Below, piece after piece: positions 8,749 through 17,992 of a stretch of DNA of 64,000 bases; the first letter of the stretch is position 1, and every line of letters begins with the position of its first letter. The notes under the pieces were generated by a model. It was not told the DNA's origin. It worked only from the letters and a program-made list of their open reading frames with translations, and did not search any database. Where the stretch lies: the IMG/VR virus record IMGVR_UViG_3300044611_002466, positions 96,001 to 160,000 of that record; one strand, 5' to 3'. Origin of the DNA: a virus. Made by a program: the position numbers and the translations under genes.

Positions 8749-9116
8749 CCTTCCTCCAGAGGGGGTGGTTCGCCTGGAACGGGTGCAGCCATCCCCTCGA
8801 CCCACAGGACCGAGGTCACGATCAGGTCCACCCCGTAGTGGGTGTGCCCCTGCGAGTCCGTCCAGCGCTTCGGCGAGATCTTGGCCTCCACCATGATCCC
8901 GCTGCCCTTCCGGACCGACGCCATCTGCTTCGCGATGGCGCCGTAGCCGACGAGCCGGTGCCAGTCTACGTCCTCGATGAACGTGCCACCCACCTTACGT
9001 GTGCGCGGGGTGCAGATCCTCATCTCGCAGACCGGGGCCCCGCTCGGCAGGTTGGCGAGCTCTGCGTCCCGCCCCGTTCGGCCCATCAGATAGGCCTTGT
9101 TCATCCCTGCGAGCAT
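8745..9116 (-). CDS. ssb: Single-stranded DNA-binding protein (OB fold)
   Basis: MNKAYLMGRTGRDAEL..DWHRLVGYG..VRKGSGIMVEAKISPKRWTDSQGHTHYGVDLIV; lacks the acidic DDIPF tail. Confidence 0.88.
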   Translation of the reverse strand: MLAGMNKAYLMGRTGRDAELANLPSGAPVCEMRICTPRTRKVGGTFIEDVDWHRLVGYGAIAKQMASVRKGSGIMVEAKISPKRWTDSQGHTHYGVDLIVTSVLWVEGMAAPVPGEPPPLEEG

Positions 9117-9117
9117 G

Positions 9118-9300
9118 TCAGTGTCGCTCCTTGGCGTGCTCGTTGATCTTGTCCTCGACCACACCGATCAGGATCTCGACCACGTAGTCGATGTCCTCCT
9201 TGTCCAGCTCCGGGTGAAGCTGCGCAACGAGGTGCTCAAGCGCGGCTTTGTAGGAGTAGGTCGCTTGACTCGCCCTATACTTCTCGAGCTTCTTGCCCAT
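9118..9300 (-). CDS. Small hypothetical protein
   Basis: ATG at 9300; amphipathic helices. Confidence 0.5.
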   Translation of the reverse strand: MGKKLEKYRASQATYSYKAALEHLVAQLHPELDKEDIDYVVEILIGVVEDKINEHAKERH

Positions 9301-9592
9301 CGGACTTCCTCGGGGTGACTGGGATGAAACTGTAGACGTCGATGATGTACGCCGGTACGGCCCAAGAGGGCTTCCAGAGCAGTCTGCGGTTGACGAGCCC
9401 ATGCACGACTGCCAACGCAAGCCACCTCCAAGGGAGGACTATCCCTTCGGAGCGCTCCGCCTGCGGCTCCCCACCACGAGGAACGGGCGCTGCGACGATG
9501 ACGTAGTAGGGCGGCTCGAACAACCACAGCCACGCCGGTGGATGGTCCATACGAATGCACCCGTCCTTGACGGTCAGCTTTTGGCCTGCCAC
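9275..9592 (-). CDS. Hypothetical protein
   Basis: GTG start with GGGGGATAG RBS; in operon orientation. Confidence 0.5.
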   Translation of the reverse strand: MAGQKLTVKDGCIRMDHPPAWLWLFEPPYYVIVAAPVPRGGEPQAERSEGIVLPWRWLALAVVHGLVNRRLLWKPSWAVPAYIIDVYSFIPVTPRKSDGQEAREV

Positions 9593-10570
9593 CTATCCCC
9601 CCTTCGGTCCCCGCTTCTGGACCTCGCGGGTTTGCGCATTGATGAAGGCCACCTGCGCCTCCAGGCGCAGATCTCGCATGTCCTCAGAGCGCGTCCACTC
9701 CTCGAGCACCGCCCGCGGGCTCTCCGAGGTGTTCACCCGAAGGCGCCTCCCCAGCTCCCGCGCCAACCGCTCGAGCAGGGGAGGGGCAGTCGTCGGAGTC
9801 AGCATGGTCAGGGCCGTGAGCGCGCACCGCGTGTCCTTCTCGTCCGTCGTGAGCACGTACACCCGAAGCAAGGGCACGTCGTCCGCGCGATCGACGTCGT
9901 AGCTGCCGTACAGGCCCTCGCAGAGCCAGCTCCAGGTGACCTTTGTCCCATCCTCCAGCACGTGTACCAGGTCGGGGAAGTCGATCGGCTCCTTGAACTG
10001 CCCCGACCTGGACTGTCCCGTGGAGACCGTGTGGTCCCTCCAGGACGACTGCCAGGAGTCGTCGAGGTCGTTGGTGTCGTAGTGACCGAAGGTGGGCGCC
10101 TGGGCCCCCTCCGGGGGCGGCGACGACGCGGGCCCAAAGTCGCCGTCATCGGCGTAGTGCTCGGGGTCGAAGAAGTCCGGGGAAGAGTGCTGGGCGGCAA
10201 GGAGCGCCCTCATCTCCTCCACATTCACCAGTCGAGACGTCATGCTCTGCACAGCCGCCGAGTACAAGCCATTTGTGGCCTCTTCGAGGACGACATCCAG
10301 CCCCATGTCAGGCGGAACAGGCTCCTGACTCAGCACCTTGATCACGTAGGTAGTCTCGTAGCGCGCCTCCACGGGGGCATCAGGGTCTTCCCCTTCGCTG
10401 GTGCTAACGAAGACCTCGTCGTAGATGACGCCCTCACGCCCTTGCATGTCAGGCAGGTCGCTCGTGACCGTCAAGTGTCCCTTCTCCACGTCGTACCTGA
10501 ACTCGAAGTGCCCATCCGTGTCGACAAGGCCGACCTCGAGGACGTCACCAGGCCTCAGAAGTACCTTCAT
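9593..10570 (-). CDS. Acidic hypothetical protein (325 aa)
   Basis: Long ORF, ATGA-coupled; no motif recognised. Confidence 0.7.
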   Translation of the reverse strand: MKVLLRPGDVLEVGLVDTDGHFEFRYDVEKGHLTVTSDLPDMQGREGVIYDEVFVSTSEGEDPDAPVEARYETTYVIKVLSQEPVPPDMGLDVVLEEATNGLYSAAVQSMTSRLVNVEEMRALLAAQHSSPDFFDPEHYADDGDFGPASSPPPEGAQAPTFGHYDTNDLDDSWQSSWRDHTVSTGQSRSGQFKEPIDFPDLVHVLEDGTKVTWSWLCEGLYGSYDVDRADDVPLLRVYVLTTDEKDTRCALTALTMLTPTTAPPLLERLARELGRRLRVNTSESPRAVLEEWTRSEDMRDLRLEAQVAFINAQTREVQKRGPKGG

Positions 10571-10836
10571 GAATCACTCTCCATCGGGTTTGGCTGATCG
10601 TTGTGGTCGATCTTGGTGTACCACTCGTGTCCTTCTTCGCACCGGACGAGGCACGCCCCTTCGGCGTCGCACACGGTGCGCTGCCCGTTCCAGTTCATCC
10701 GGGTCTCGTTGGCCCAGGAGGTATACCCGTCCTCATCAGGCTCCTCGAGGAGGGCGACCCCATGGACGGTGTCCACCGTTCCTTCAGGATGAAGCCCGCA
10801 GGTTGGACACTTTGGCTTGTCGATCCGCATCACCAC
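10567..10836 (-). CDS. Zn-ribbon-like hypothetical protein
   Basis: CPTC...CEEGHEW. Confidence 0.55.
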   Translation of the reverse strand: MVMRIDKPKCPTCGLHPEGTVDTVHGVALLEEPDEDGYTSWANETRMNWNGQRTVCDAEGACLVRCEEGHEWYTKIDHNDQPNPMESDS

Positions 10837-11162
10837 TCCTTCGGTATTGTGTCTTCGAGAGATCTGTGCTGCTCGCCCACTGCCACGACATCCGCGTCGA
10901 ACTTACCGTGGTTCACCGCCAGTCTGAGGCGCAAGTTGTGTCCGGGTCCGAGCTGGTTGACGATCCAACCAACACAGGGCTTTTCCTTCCCCATTTCGGT
11001 CTCGTGACAGGCCATCATGGGCCGCTCATCGTTGATGTCGTCCCCCGGCTGCGCCACCGTGTCGCGGAGCTTGACGTGATTCTCCCTCTCGTAGCCATTC
11101 GGGATGTCGTAGGGGTCGACTCCTACCTTCCAGGGACACTTCTCGCACTGTCGGCGTGCCAT
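10830..11162 (-). CDS. Cys/His-rich protein, DUF6283-like
   Basis: QCEKCPWK..MACHET..KPCVGW pattern; family name recalled, not searched. Confidence 0.55.
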   Translation of the reverse strand: MARRQCEKCPWKVGVDPYDIPNGYERENHVKLRDTVAQPGDDINDERPMMACHETEMGKEKPCVGWIVNQLGPGHNLRLRLAVNHGKFDADVVAVGEQHRSLEDTIPKEW

Positions 11163-11216
11163 CCCATCCTCACATACGGGCGTTGCCGTGGTTGCAACGC
11201 CCTTATGACAGCTAAA

Positions 11217-11242
11217 GTAGCAACGGCCTGTGCCGTTGCTAC
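11217..11242 (-). terminator. Intrinsic terminator hairpin
   Basis: GTAGCAACGGC-CTGT-GCCGTTGCTAC perfect 11-bp stem, then TTTAGC and the GTCATAAG box on the minus strand. Confidence 0.75.
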
Positions 11243-11263
11243 CGTCCGCCGCTGCTCCCCGGA

Positions 11264-11608
11264 CTACGCCTCGCCGGGCTCCGGGGAGTGGAAGCCTCGC
11301 ATTCCGGGAAGAGAGGTGGGGTCGCGGTGGGCCGCCACACCAGACTCATCCTCCCCGGACAGCAATCGCTGCGCGGCCGCGTCCAGCGATTCGAGGCTCG
11401 CGGCCAAGATGATGTGCATCTCGCCGCCTCCGCCACTACACGCATGGAGCTGCACGAAGCTCCCCGTGCGCGGGTTGCGGATCTGGCTCAGCCCGGCCGG
11501 CATGCCGTCCCCCGGCACATGCACGAGCGCAGCCATCCGCTGCTGCCCCAGGAGTGCCTCAACAACGCCCCACCACTTCTGCCTTTTTGCCCATTCAACC
11601 AGCATCAT
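11264..11608 (-). CDS. Hypothetical protein
   Basis: Strong GAGGTGA RBS before ATGATG. Confidence 0.6.
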   Translation of the reverse strand: MMLVEWAKRQKWWGVVEALLGQQRMAALVHVPGDGMPAGLSQIRNPRTGSFVQLHACSGGGGEMHIILAASLESLDAAAQRLLSGEDESGVAAHRDPTSLPGMRGFHSPEPGEA

Positions 11609-11663
11609 TCACCTCGGTTGCTTCTTGGTTGACCATCACTTCTGCTTGTCCATCTGAGGTCCA

Positions 11664-11864
11664 CTACTTGAAGACGTAGAGGCCGCGAGAGTTGGCGTAG
11701 CGCTCGGCTGCGTCCTTCGAGGCCCCTGGGGGGCAGTTCAGGATCGTGTCGATCGATGCCCAGACCGCACCTTCGGCCCGCAGGTGGTAGGCCCGAGCCC
11801 CGTCCACCGGAGGCCCCATCGCGACGATGGCCGGCGGCGGGACGATTACCACGAGCTTCTTCAT
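11664..11864 (-). CDS. Small hypothetical protein
   Basis: ATGA-coupled. Confidence 0.5.
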   Translation of the reverse strand: MKKLVVIVPPPAIVAMGPPVDGARAYHLRAEGAVWASIDTILNCPPGASKDAAERYANSRGLYVFK

Positions 11865-12181
11865 TCCGGCTCCCGCAGCATCATCACCTCGAGAGCGTCA
11901 GCCTCGGAGTCGAAGTGATTGTGCCAGCCGTCGGCCCCAAAGGGCCGCCAGCGCCACCCATCGGACGCGTGGCAGACGATGATGAGGCCGGTCCCAGGTG
12001 ACCACCAGGTGCGCGCGGAGTGGACCCTGTATCGAATCCAGCCACGCTGCCTGGCCTTCCTCCGGAGCCGGACCAGCCGCAGCAGGTCCCTGACGGGCTC
12101 CTTCAGGTAGTCCGCCAGGGTCATGGAGACCCCGCCCAGGAAGAGGCCCAGGAGGACGATGAGCATCGGAGAGTTGGGCAT
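11861..12181 (-). CDS. Membrane-anchored hypothetical protein
   Basis: N-terminal LIVLLGLFLGGVSMTL helix followed by a basic patch. Confidence 0.55.
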   Translation of the reverse strand: MPNSPMLIVLLGLFLGGVSMTLADYLKEPVRDLLRLVRLRRKARQRGWIRYRVHSARTWWSPGTGLIIVCHASDGWRWRPFGADGWHNHFDSEADALEVMMLREPE

Positions 12182-12188
12182 GAACCCC

Positions 12189-13325
12189 TCACTTCTTGAT
12201 GAAGATGGTCTTGGTCTTCGGGGGAGGGAGATCCTCCCCCTGCAGGTAGGGCGCGAGCAGGTGCTCGACCAGGTGGAGCTTACCCCCCTTGCCGTCCTTC
12301 TCGGCGAGCACGCGCTCTCCGCCCGGGGAGCTCACCCAGTACCGATGGAAGTGCCCCGAGATGTACTTCGGGTGCTTGAGCTTGCGCACCGGCTCTTCGG
12401 GCCCGGCGGAGCCCCCCGGGCGGGCACTACGCACCTTCTTGCTGAGGCTGAGGACCCGATAGCTGTTCAAGGTCTTGCCCGCGTCCTGGAGGACCCTGGC
12501 TGCCTTCGTCGGACGACGCTTGGCCTCCTTCGTGTTCATGACCGGCGTGACCATCTCGGACAGCACGCTGGTCGTGTTCTTGAGAGCGTAGAGCAGGTTC
12601 ACGATGACCCGCTCCAGCTCGGGAACACCGCCGAACTCGCTCGGAGCCGCGCCCAGGGGGATCTCGGGGCAGAGATGGAAGACCACCAGCGCGTCGTCCC
12701 GCATCTCACGCATCCGCGCGGGCACGGTGCCCTTAGGACGGCCGACTCCCACGCAGGTGATCCCGCGCACGAAGATGTAGTCGGGCGATCCCGAGCTGAC
12801 GATTCTCTGCCCGTCGGCTTTGTTGACCCGTGCCGCCCCCGCAGCGAACGAGGGCTTGCCGTTCACCGCCGGCACGGCGATGACGTCCCACACCAAGTAG
12901 AAGCCCTCGATGGGGTGCTGCTGCCCGCTGTTCGACAAGCAGAAGAGCGGGGGTAGTACGACGTACATGCCGTTGTCGGGAACCGACTCGACTCCTAAGT
13001 CGAAGGTCTTGACCGGAATCTCGGTGAACGTCAGCGTCCGTGCCAGCTCCTCTTCGAGGAAGTACACCGGCTTCCCGTTGTCCTCCCACGCGAGGATTGC
13101 GTGGGTCAGCGCCCCTTGCGCGGTGTCCAGGGGGTCGATCTCATTACCCGCCGCGCTGTGCAGCGCGTGCAAGAAGTGCTCCAGCTGCCCGCTGCTCTTC
13201 ACCCCATCCGGAAAATACTTCCGAATGGTGTCGTACAGCAGCGGGCCATACTCGCCAGTGGTCATGATTTCGGGGTGCTGCATCTTCCGCGCCCCGATGA
13301 CTGCCTGCTTCTTGGTAGACTGCAT
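12189..13325 (-). CDS. Phage hypothetical protein with C-terminal (R/S)GH(W/F)xxYW-type motif
   Basis: 378 aa; YISGHFHRYW..LLAPYLQG; preceded by a GNCATAAG box and GAGGTG RBS. Confidence 0.7.
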   Translation of the reverse strand: MQSTKKQAVIGARKMQHPEIMTTGEYGPLLYDTIRKYFPDGVKSSGQLEHFLHALHSAAGNEIDPLDTAQGALTHAILAWEDNGKPVYFLEEELARTLTFTEIPVKTFDLGVESVPDNGMYVVLPPLFCLSNSGQQHPIEGFYLVWDVIAVPAVNGKPSFAAGAARVNKADGQRIVSSGSPDYIFVRGITCVGVGRPKGTVPARMREMRDDALVVFHLCPEIPLGAAPSEFGGVPELERVIVNLLYALKNTTSVLSEMVTPVMNTKEAKRRPTKAARVLQDAGKTLNSYRVLSLSKKVRSARPGGSAGPEEPVRKLKHPKYISGHFHRYWVSSPGGERVLAEKDGKGGKLHLVEHLLAPYLQGEDLPPPKTKTIFIKK

Positions 13326-13344
13326 GATTCTTCACCTCTATCCC

Positions 13345-13352
13345 CTTATGCC
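13345..13352 (-). promoter_or_regulatory. GNCATAAG box (putative phage promoter -10 element)
   Basis: GGCATAAG 6 nt upstream of the GAGGTG RBS; one of about 20 copies (see findings). Confidence 0.65.
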
Positions 13353-13373
13353 CAAAAGAGGGGCTAAATAGGT

Positions 13374-13391
13374 CCTCCCCGAGTGGGGAGG
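13374..13391 (-). terminator. Hairpin with TTTAGCCC tail
   Basis: CCTCCCC-GAGT-GGGGAGG then ATTTAGCCC on the minus strand. Confidence 0.65.
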
Positions 13392-13414
13392 TACCGCGCC
13401 ACGCGTGCGGCGTC

Positions 13415-13915
13415 TTACTCGGAGGGTGACCCGTCTGCGTTGTGCACGGTGAAGGTGGTCACCGGGGAGCCGTCGAAGCGCAGCGCCTCGAGGACCGTCT
13501 CCATGCTCACCTTCGCCTGCGTGAGGAGGTACTCCTCCCCCGCAACACCACCAGAGCTGTAGTGCTCGAACGCCGACCCAGCGAGGGCCGTCTTCAGGCG
13601 GTTGCCGATGTCCCGGTGCCACCCCTCCTCGACCGTCATCCCGGGTGCGGGGCGATACCGCAATGAGTAGAGCTGCGGGAACACCCGCCGCACCACTTCG
13701 AGCACATCGCCGACCTTCTCCACCTTCACGATGTCACCGTATCGGTAGCCGGTCTCCAGCTTCGGACACCCGTCGATGAGCCTCAGCCTGTCGCCGAGCT
13801 TCCTACACCAGATCCACCTACCACTCGGAAGGCGACAGCGCGTGAGCTGCCACCTTTTGGAGCGCTCGCGGTACTCCGTCTTGATGTACTCGTCGAAGTC
13901 GAACTCCTCTGCCAT
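13415..13915 (-). CDS. Hypothetical protein
   Basis: 166 aa ORF with GGAGG RBS. Confidence 0.65.
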   Translation of the reverse strand: MAEEFDFDEYIKTEYRERSKRWQLTRCRLPSGRWIWCRKLGDRLRLIDGCPKLETGYRYGDIVKVEKVGDVLEVVRRVFPQLYSLRYRPAPGMTVEEGWHRDIGNRLKTALAGSAFEHYSSGGVAGEEYLLTQAKVSMETVLEALRFDGSPVTTFTVHNADGSPSE

Positions 13916-13923
13916 GATGCCTC

Positions 13924-14283
13924 CTACCTGCCGCCCTCGCGGCTGACGATGTTGTCGTAGTCGATCCCGGCCGCTACCGTTTCAGCGCTCGTTGGCCTCT
14001 TCGACGTCACATCCGTGAACCGAGCCCACACCCAGTAGTTCCGAGTGTGAGCTCGTCTCCATGGGTTCGAGAAGCCGCTGATCTCGTGCCCCCTCGAGCG
14101 CTTCCACTCGGCGCACAGAAGGTCCCAGGCGGTGCCCTTGTTCGGCACCACAGCCATGCCGACCTTGATCATGTGCGTCTTGGCGAAGCACTGCACCTCG
14201 AGACAGGGTCGCTCTGGGTCTTCCCCGCGCTGCAGAGGCTCTCGTACCTCCTCCGGAAGATCGGCCCAGTTCACCTTACTCAC
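13924..14283 (-). CDS. Hypothetical protein
   Basis: GTG start with GAGGTG RBS. Confidence 0.55.
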   Translation of the reverse strand: MSKVNWADLPEEVREPLQRGEDPERPCLEVQCFAKTHMIKVGMAVVPNKGTAWDLLCAEWKRSRGHEISGFSNPWRRAHTRNYWVWARFTDVTSKRPTSAETVAAGIDYDNIVSREGGR

Positions 14284-14743
14284 TTGGCACCTCAGTGGGT
14301 TCCTTCCAGCACCCCACCACGTAGAGCGCATCGCCTTGAAGGTCCGGGAACTTGGCGTCGAGTCGGCGCGAGATCAGACGCACTTTCACCGCCTTTTCCT
14401 CATTCAGCCGTCGTTCCTGCAGTACGACCGCTCTTCTCGCTTTGTCGAGTTCGACCCGCCGGTCGTTCTGCGCCTGTTGCAGCTCCAGGAGCTCCTTTCT
14501 CGCCAAGATGAAGTCGTCCTGGAACAGCCGATCCTTCTCGTTATATTCAACGCCGAGGACCTTGAGCTGGGCGTCGAGCTGCGGAATGCCCTCTTCCTCA
14601 TACAGCTGTCGTTCGCATTCCACTCTTTCGATATGTCTCGTCTCCCAGCGCTTCTTCTTCGCCGATTTGGCGGCTTTGTTGTGCGCTTTCTCCTCTTCCG
14701 TCTGCTTCTTGACCATGTGGTACCTCTCAGTGTCGCCGCCCAA
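14276..14743 (-). CDS. Charged coiled-coil hypothetical protein
   Basis: K/E/R-rich heptads. Confidence 0.6.
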   Translation of the reverse strand: MGGDTERYHMVKKQTEEEKAHNKAAKSAKKKRWETRHIERVECERQLYEEEGIPQLDAQLKVLGVEYNEKDRLFQDDFILARKELLELQQAQNDRRVELDKARRAVVLQERRLNEEKAVKVRLISRRLDAKFPDLQGDALYVVGCWKEPTEVPSE

Positions 14744-14772
14744 CGATGACGGTCCTCGCGTTCGGAGCCAGT

Positions 14773-15387
14773 CTACTGCGGGAACGAGAACGGCTCCGAG
14801 ATGGCAGGCGGGATGGGGATGTGCTGACGGATGATGTTTGCAATCTCGTCGAGGTCTATGTGCTTCTCCTGGCGCATGTACATGCGGTCAGAGTACCCCG
14901 CATTGTGGACGAGATCGGAGAGGCGCGTCTGTTGGTTGCCGTCGAGCGGTCTCGGAGTCTGATAGTACCGCTTATCGACGAGCAGTATCCCATACTGGAT
15001 CCACCGCGGATACATCCGCCATTTACCCGTGCCGCCGGTGAATCCAAACTCGATCCAAAGCTCAGAGCGTGCACTGTCGTTGGAGAAGTGCGGGTCGATA
15101 GCGGCCCAGCGCTCCAGGAACCTCGCCACCTTTTCCTCCTCGACGTCATTCCTGATGTTGAGCAGGCGGATGATGTCCGATGCGATTCGCACGAGGGGGA
15201 TGAGGTCCATCGGCTTGCAGAGCCACGCGATTGCCCATGCCATCCAGTCGCCGCGCGAACAGGCATCCCACGCCTCTACGAGAGTGTCGTACTCGTTGCT
15301 CTTCACCCACTCGAAGGCCTCGTCGCACGCTCCTGCACGCCGAATAGATTCCAGAAGATTGGCATGTTCAGGGATTGTTGCACTCAT
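14773..15387 (-). CDS. Phage hypothetical protein (GACxEAxxW..CxRGDWM motif)
   Basis: IRRAGACDEAFEWV..AWDACSRGDWMAW resembles a motif recurrent in phages. Confidence 0.65.
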   Translation of the reverse strand: MSATIPEHANLLESIRRAGACDEAFEWVKSNEYDTLVEAWDACSRGDWMAWAIAWLCKPMDLIPLVRIASDIIRLLNIRNDVEEEKVARFLERWAAIDPHFSNDSARSELWIEFGFTGGTGKWRMYPRWIQYGILLVDKRYYQTPRPLDGNQQTRLSDLVHNAGYSDRMYMRQEKHIDLDEIANIIRQHIPIPPAISEPFSFPQ

Positions 15388-15698
15388 ACGTTGCTCCTGG
15401 CCTTCCAGCGCTTCCAGCTCTCGCAGAGCGCCGGGATGTAACAGTGGTACATGGACTGCCTGGGGCCGTTGATGGCCGCCAAGCTCTCATCCCAGCAGCG
15501 GTCGGACAGCGTCATGGACGCGTAGTCCGGTCCGTTGTTGCCGAAGCGTGCGATGCAACAGGTGTGCGGCCCCTCGTCGGTGACGAGGCTATCCGCACAC
15601 CTGTAGTGGTCGAGAATCCGCCCATCGCTCTCCGACTGGCCGAGGTACACGCAGGCCTCGCAGTCGTGGGTGTAGGCGGGAAGCTGTTCTACCGCCAT
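15384..15698 (-). CDS. Hypothetical protein
   Basis: HDCEACVYLG..RFGNNGPDYAS; coupled to neighbours. Confidence 0.6.
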   Translation of the reverse strand: MAVEQLPAYTHDCEACVYLGQSESDGRILDHYRCADSLVTDEGPHTCCIARFGNNGPDYASMTLSDRCWDESLAAINGPRQSMYHCYIPALCESWKRWKARSNV

Positions 15699-16039
15699 TC
15701 GATGTGCGCTCCCGCAGCCATCAGCCGCTGCACGACCAAGTTGGTCAGGTGGTACTTCCCGAGGCAGAAGGGCAGGGGGTTGTCCTCCACCATGGCCTTG
15801 ATTTGCGTCAGTCCTTCCTCAGGGCGGAGCTCTCGGAGCAGAGCGATGGCCTCCACTTTGCCGACCATGTAGCGGCGAGAGTTCGGCAGGGGCAGGCGGT
15901 GGTGCACGTTGGGGGGCAGCGCCAGAAGCCACAGCTCCATCCGAGGGTCCGTCTCGTTCAGTAGGGAGAGCACTTCGGTCCGCAGGTTGTTCAGTCCCGC
16001 CAAGAGCTCCTGGAGCTTCTTCTTCTGCTCATCGGTCAT
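15689..16039 (-). CDS. Protein with ribosomal protein bL12 C-terminal-domain-like fold
   Basis: KVEAIALLRELRPEEGLTQIKAMVEDNP..VVQRLMAAGAHIEWR aligns by eye with bL12 KIAVIKAVR..GLKEAKDLVESAP..LEEAGAEVEVK. Confidence 0.6.
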   Translation of the reverse strand: MTDEQKKKLQELLAGLNNLRTEVLSLLNETDPRMELWLLALPPNVHHRLPLPNSRRYMVGKVEAIALLRELRPEEGLTQIKAMVEDNPLPFCLGKYHLTNLVVQRLMAAGAHIEWR

Positions 16040-16061
16040 GATGTCATTTACCTCCGCACTT

Positions 16062-16069
16062 CTTATGTC
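16062..16069 (-). promoter_or_regulatory. GNCATAAG box
   Basis: GACATAAG 7 nt upstream of GAGGT. Confidence 0.65.
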
Positions 16070-16139
16070 CAAAACGACGCAGAGCTAAAGAAACAGGGCC
16101 CGAAGTGCCCTGCCTCCCCGAAGACCAGCGGCGGGTCCT

Positions 16140-16826
16140 CTACTCCTTGGGAGGGTGCTTGATGAAGCGCGCCTCGAGCACATGGGCGGTGCGGAACTCT
16201 CCCTCCGTGCGTGGGAGCAGGAAGCGCGGGGTGCCGCCCTCGGTCTCTTCGTCGAGGAGCCGCAGGATGGTCTCCAGGTCCCGACCCTGGATGACCTGAG
16301 CGGGGTCGACCCCTGCCCATAGGGGAACTCCGTTGGCGCCACCCATGTCGAACATGCCCACTCGAGGGGCACTGGACTCCACTCCCACTGCGAACACGTA
16401 GCGCCGCCCTCGCCAGTTCGGGTCTCCTCCGCTGAAGAGCACCTCCATGATCGCGTCCTTGCGGGTGACCATGAGGCTGTCCGGGCCCCTCGAGTGGTGA
16501 GTCCGCCAGCGTCCCTTCACCATCTCGCGCCAGCCGTCGCCGGGCATGATGAATCCGCAGCCCCCCTTATTCGTGCGACCCCGGGTGTTCACGCGTACGG
16601 CCACCCCCTTGGTCTGTGGTTTGCTCAGAGAGAAGGCGTCGATGTGCATGTACGCCTCTCCCTCGTCAACGAGCTCCCCCAGGAGCCCTCCTGCGGAGTA
16701 GTTGCAGATCCGAATCTCGGTACCACCAGCCGTTCCCGCGTCGCCGAATGTCGACGTGCGCTGAACGAGGTCATCCACCGGGACGCCCGTGGTGATGCCG
16801 TACGGCTCAGCCGTGTAGAAGTGCAT
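16140..16826 (-). CDS. Hypothetical protein
   Basis: ATG at 16826 with GGAGG RBS (track ORF is over-extended). Confidence 0.6.
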   Translation of the reverse strand: MHFYTAEPYGITTGVPVDDLVQRTSTFGDAGTAGGTEIRICNYSAGGLLGELVDEGEAYMHIDAFSLSKPQTKGVAVRVNTRGRTNKGGCGFIMPGDGWREMVKGRWRTHHSRGPDSLMVTRKDAIMEVLFSGGDPNWRGRRYVFAVGVESSAPRVGMFDMGGANGVPLWAGVDPAQVIQGRDLETILRLLDEETEGGTPRFLLPRTEGEFRTAHVLEARFIKHPPKE

Positions 16827-16869
16827 TTCGCCTCCAGATAGTGGAAGGCCTCGCTGACACGCAGAGCCC

Positions 16870-17184
16870 CTATGGCCTGCGCTCCGCGGCGACCTTGTCG
16901 TAGTACCGTTCCTTGCAGCGCAGGGCCTTCTGCGCCCGCCCCAGCAGCGCCTCGAGCCCGGCCTCGTCGAGTTCAGGGGGACAGCTCGAGGAGCGGTGGA
17001 CGATGCCCCTCCAGATACCCCAGTGGGGCGGCCTGGTGACTTCACCTGCCCGCGCCTTCCACTGCCCCGTCGCGTTGACTGTGAAGGCGACCAGCCCGTG
17101 GTCGAAGGCGATCACCTCGAACCCACCCTCCCGATACGTGGGCCGCTTGGTGCCCTCGATGATAGCGCCCGTTGGAGTCGTCAT
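16870..17184 (-). CDS. Hypothetical protein
   Basis: ATGA-coupled start at 17184. Confidence 0.5.
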   Translation of the reverse strand: MTTPTGAIIEGTKRPTYREGGFEVIAFDHGLVAFTVNATGQWKARAGEVTRPPHWGIWRGIVHRSSSCPPELDEAGLEALLGRAQKALRCKERYYDKVAAERRP

Positions 17185-17507
17185 ACCGGGTCTCGTCCCC
17201 AGGCCTCGAGCTCGACATGAAGCGAGAGCACCTGCGAGTCGGGCCGTCGGATCCATCCGCGCTTGCTCACCTCGAACCAAGGGACCTGCTCAACTACCCG
17301 CAGATGCTGGGCGCTGACCGCGTGCTGTATGCAGACCAACCCGAGCAAGTCGGGCGTCATGAACATGTCCCCCACCATGGGCACCGTGTCGAAGTCCACC
17401 TGAGTCACGGCGGTGCGCACGTGCCCGAAGTTCTCGAGCTCGCGGGGCCACCTGCGCACCAAGTCCTTTCGTACGTGCATGCTCAACCAGATACTGTTCT
17501 TCAGCAT
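17181..17507 (-). CDS. Hypothetical protein
   Basis: GGAGGAAGAAG RBS; coupled. Confidence 0.55.
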   Translation of the reverse strand: MLKNSIWLSMHVRKDLVRRWPRELENFGHVRTAVTQVDFDTVPMVGDMFMTPDLLGLVCIQHAVSAQHLRVVEQVPWFEVSKRGWIRRPDSQVLSLHVELEAWGRDPV

Positions 17508-17992
17508 GTCTCTTCTTCCTCCTCCTCTTCCCCCTCTTCATCCCCGTAAGGGGCGGGCGGCGGCTGCCACGTCGCTTCGAGGAGCTCCCGGAGCTTGATC
17601 ATCTCCTTCAGGGCCTTCTCGGTCTGCGCGATGATCTCGTCACTGGCGCGGCCGCAGTCGTAGGGGTCGTTGTTCCGCCCAGTGAAGATTCGCGCATTCT
17701 CTCCCCAGATCTGTCCGACGAGCTTCTTCGCTCCCGCCCGCCTCTTGCGGTCCTCGTCGACTTCACCGATACGGAGGTCGAGGAGACCGTCCGGTGCCGG
17801 CACCCACTCTGGGGACGGCCGGATCGTCCAGACACGTCGGCCGTCTTCTGCAAACAGGCCCCCGCCAACTCGGTAGACAGGAAGACCCTCGAACAGCCGC
17901 CCCTTTCTGGCGAGCTTCGCCACGTCGAAGGTCACGACGTCCCTCACACTTTCCACCTGATATTCTTTTCCTTCTTGGATCTTCACGTTCAC
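17501..17992 (-). CDS. Hypothetical protein with acidic tail
   Basis: Downstream of the GNCATAAG box at 18004 and a GAGGTGA RBS. Confidence 0.65.
   Translation of the reverse strand: MNVKIQEGKEYQVESVRDVVTFDVAKLARKGRLFEGLPVYRVGGGLFAEDGRRVWTIRPSPEWVPAPDGLLDLRIGEVDEDRKRRAGAKKLVGQIWGENARIFTGRNNDPYDCGRASDEIIAQTEKALKEMIKLRELLEATWQPPPAPYGDEEGEEEEEEETC

Noticed and set aside
13361-13368. TTTAGCCC as the -35 partner of CATAAG
   Set aside because: Spacing to CATAAG ranges from about 0 to 21 nt, and the motif also occurs at 41117 with no downstream minus-strand gene; reassigned to terminators.
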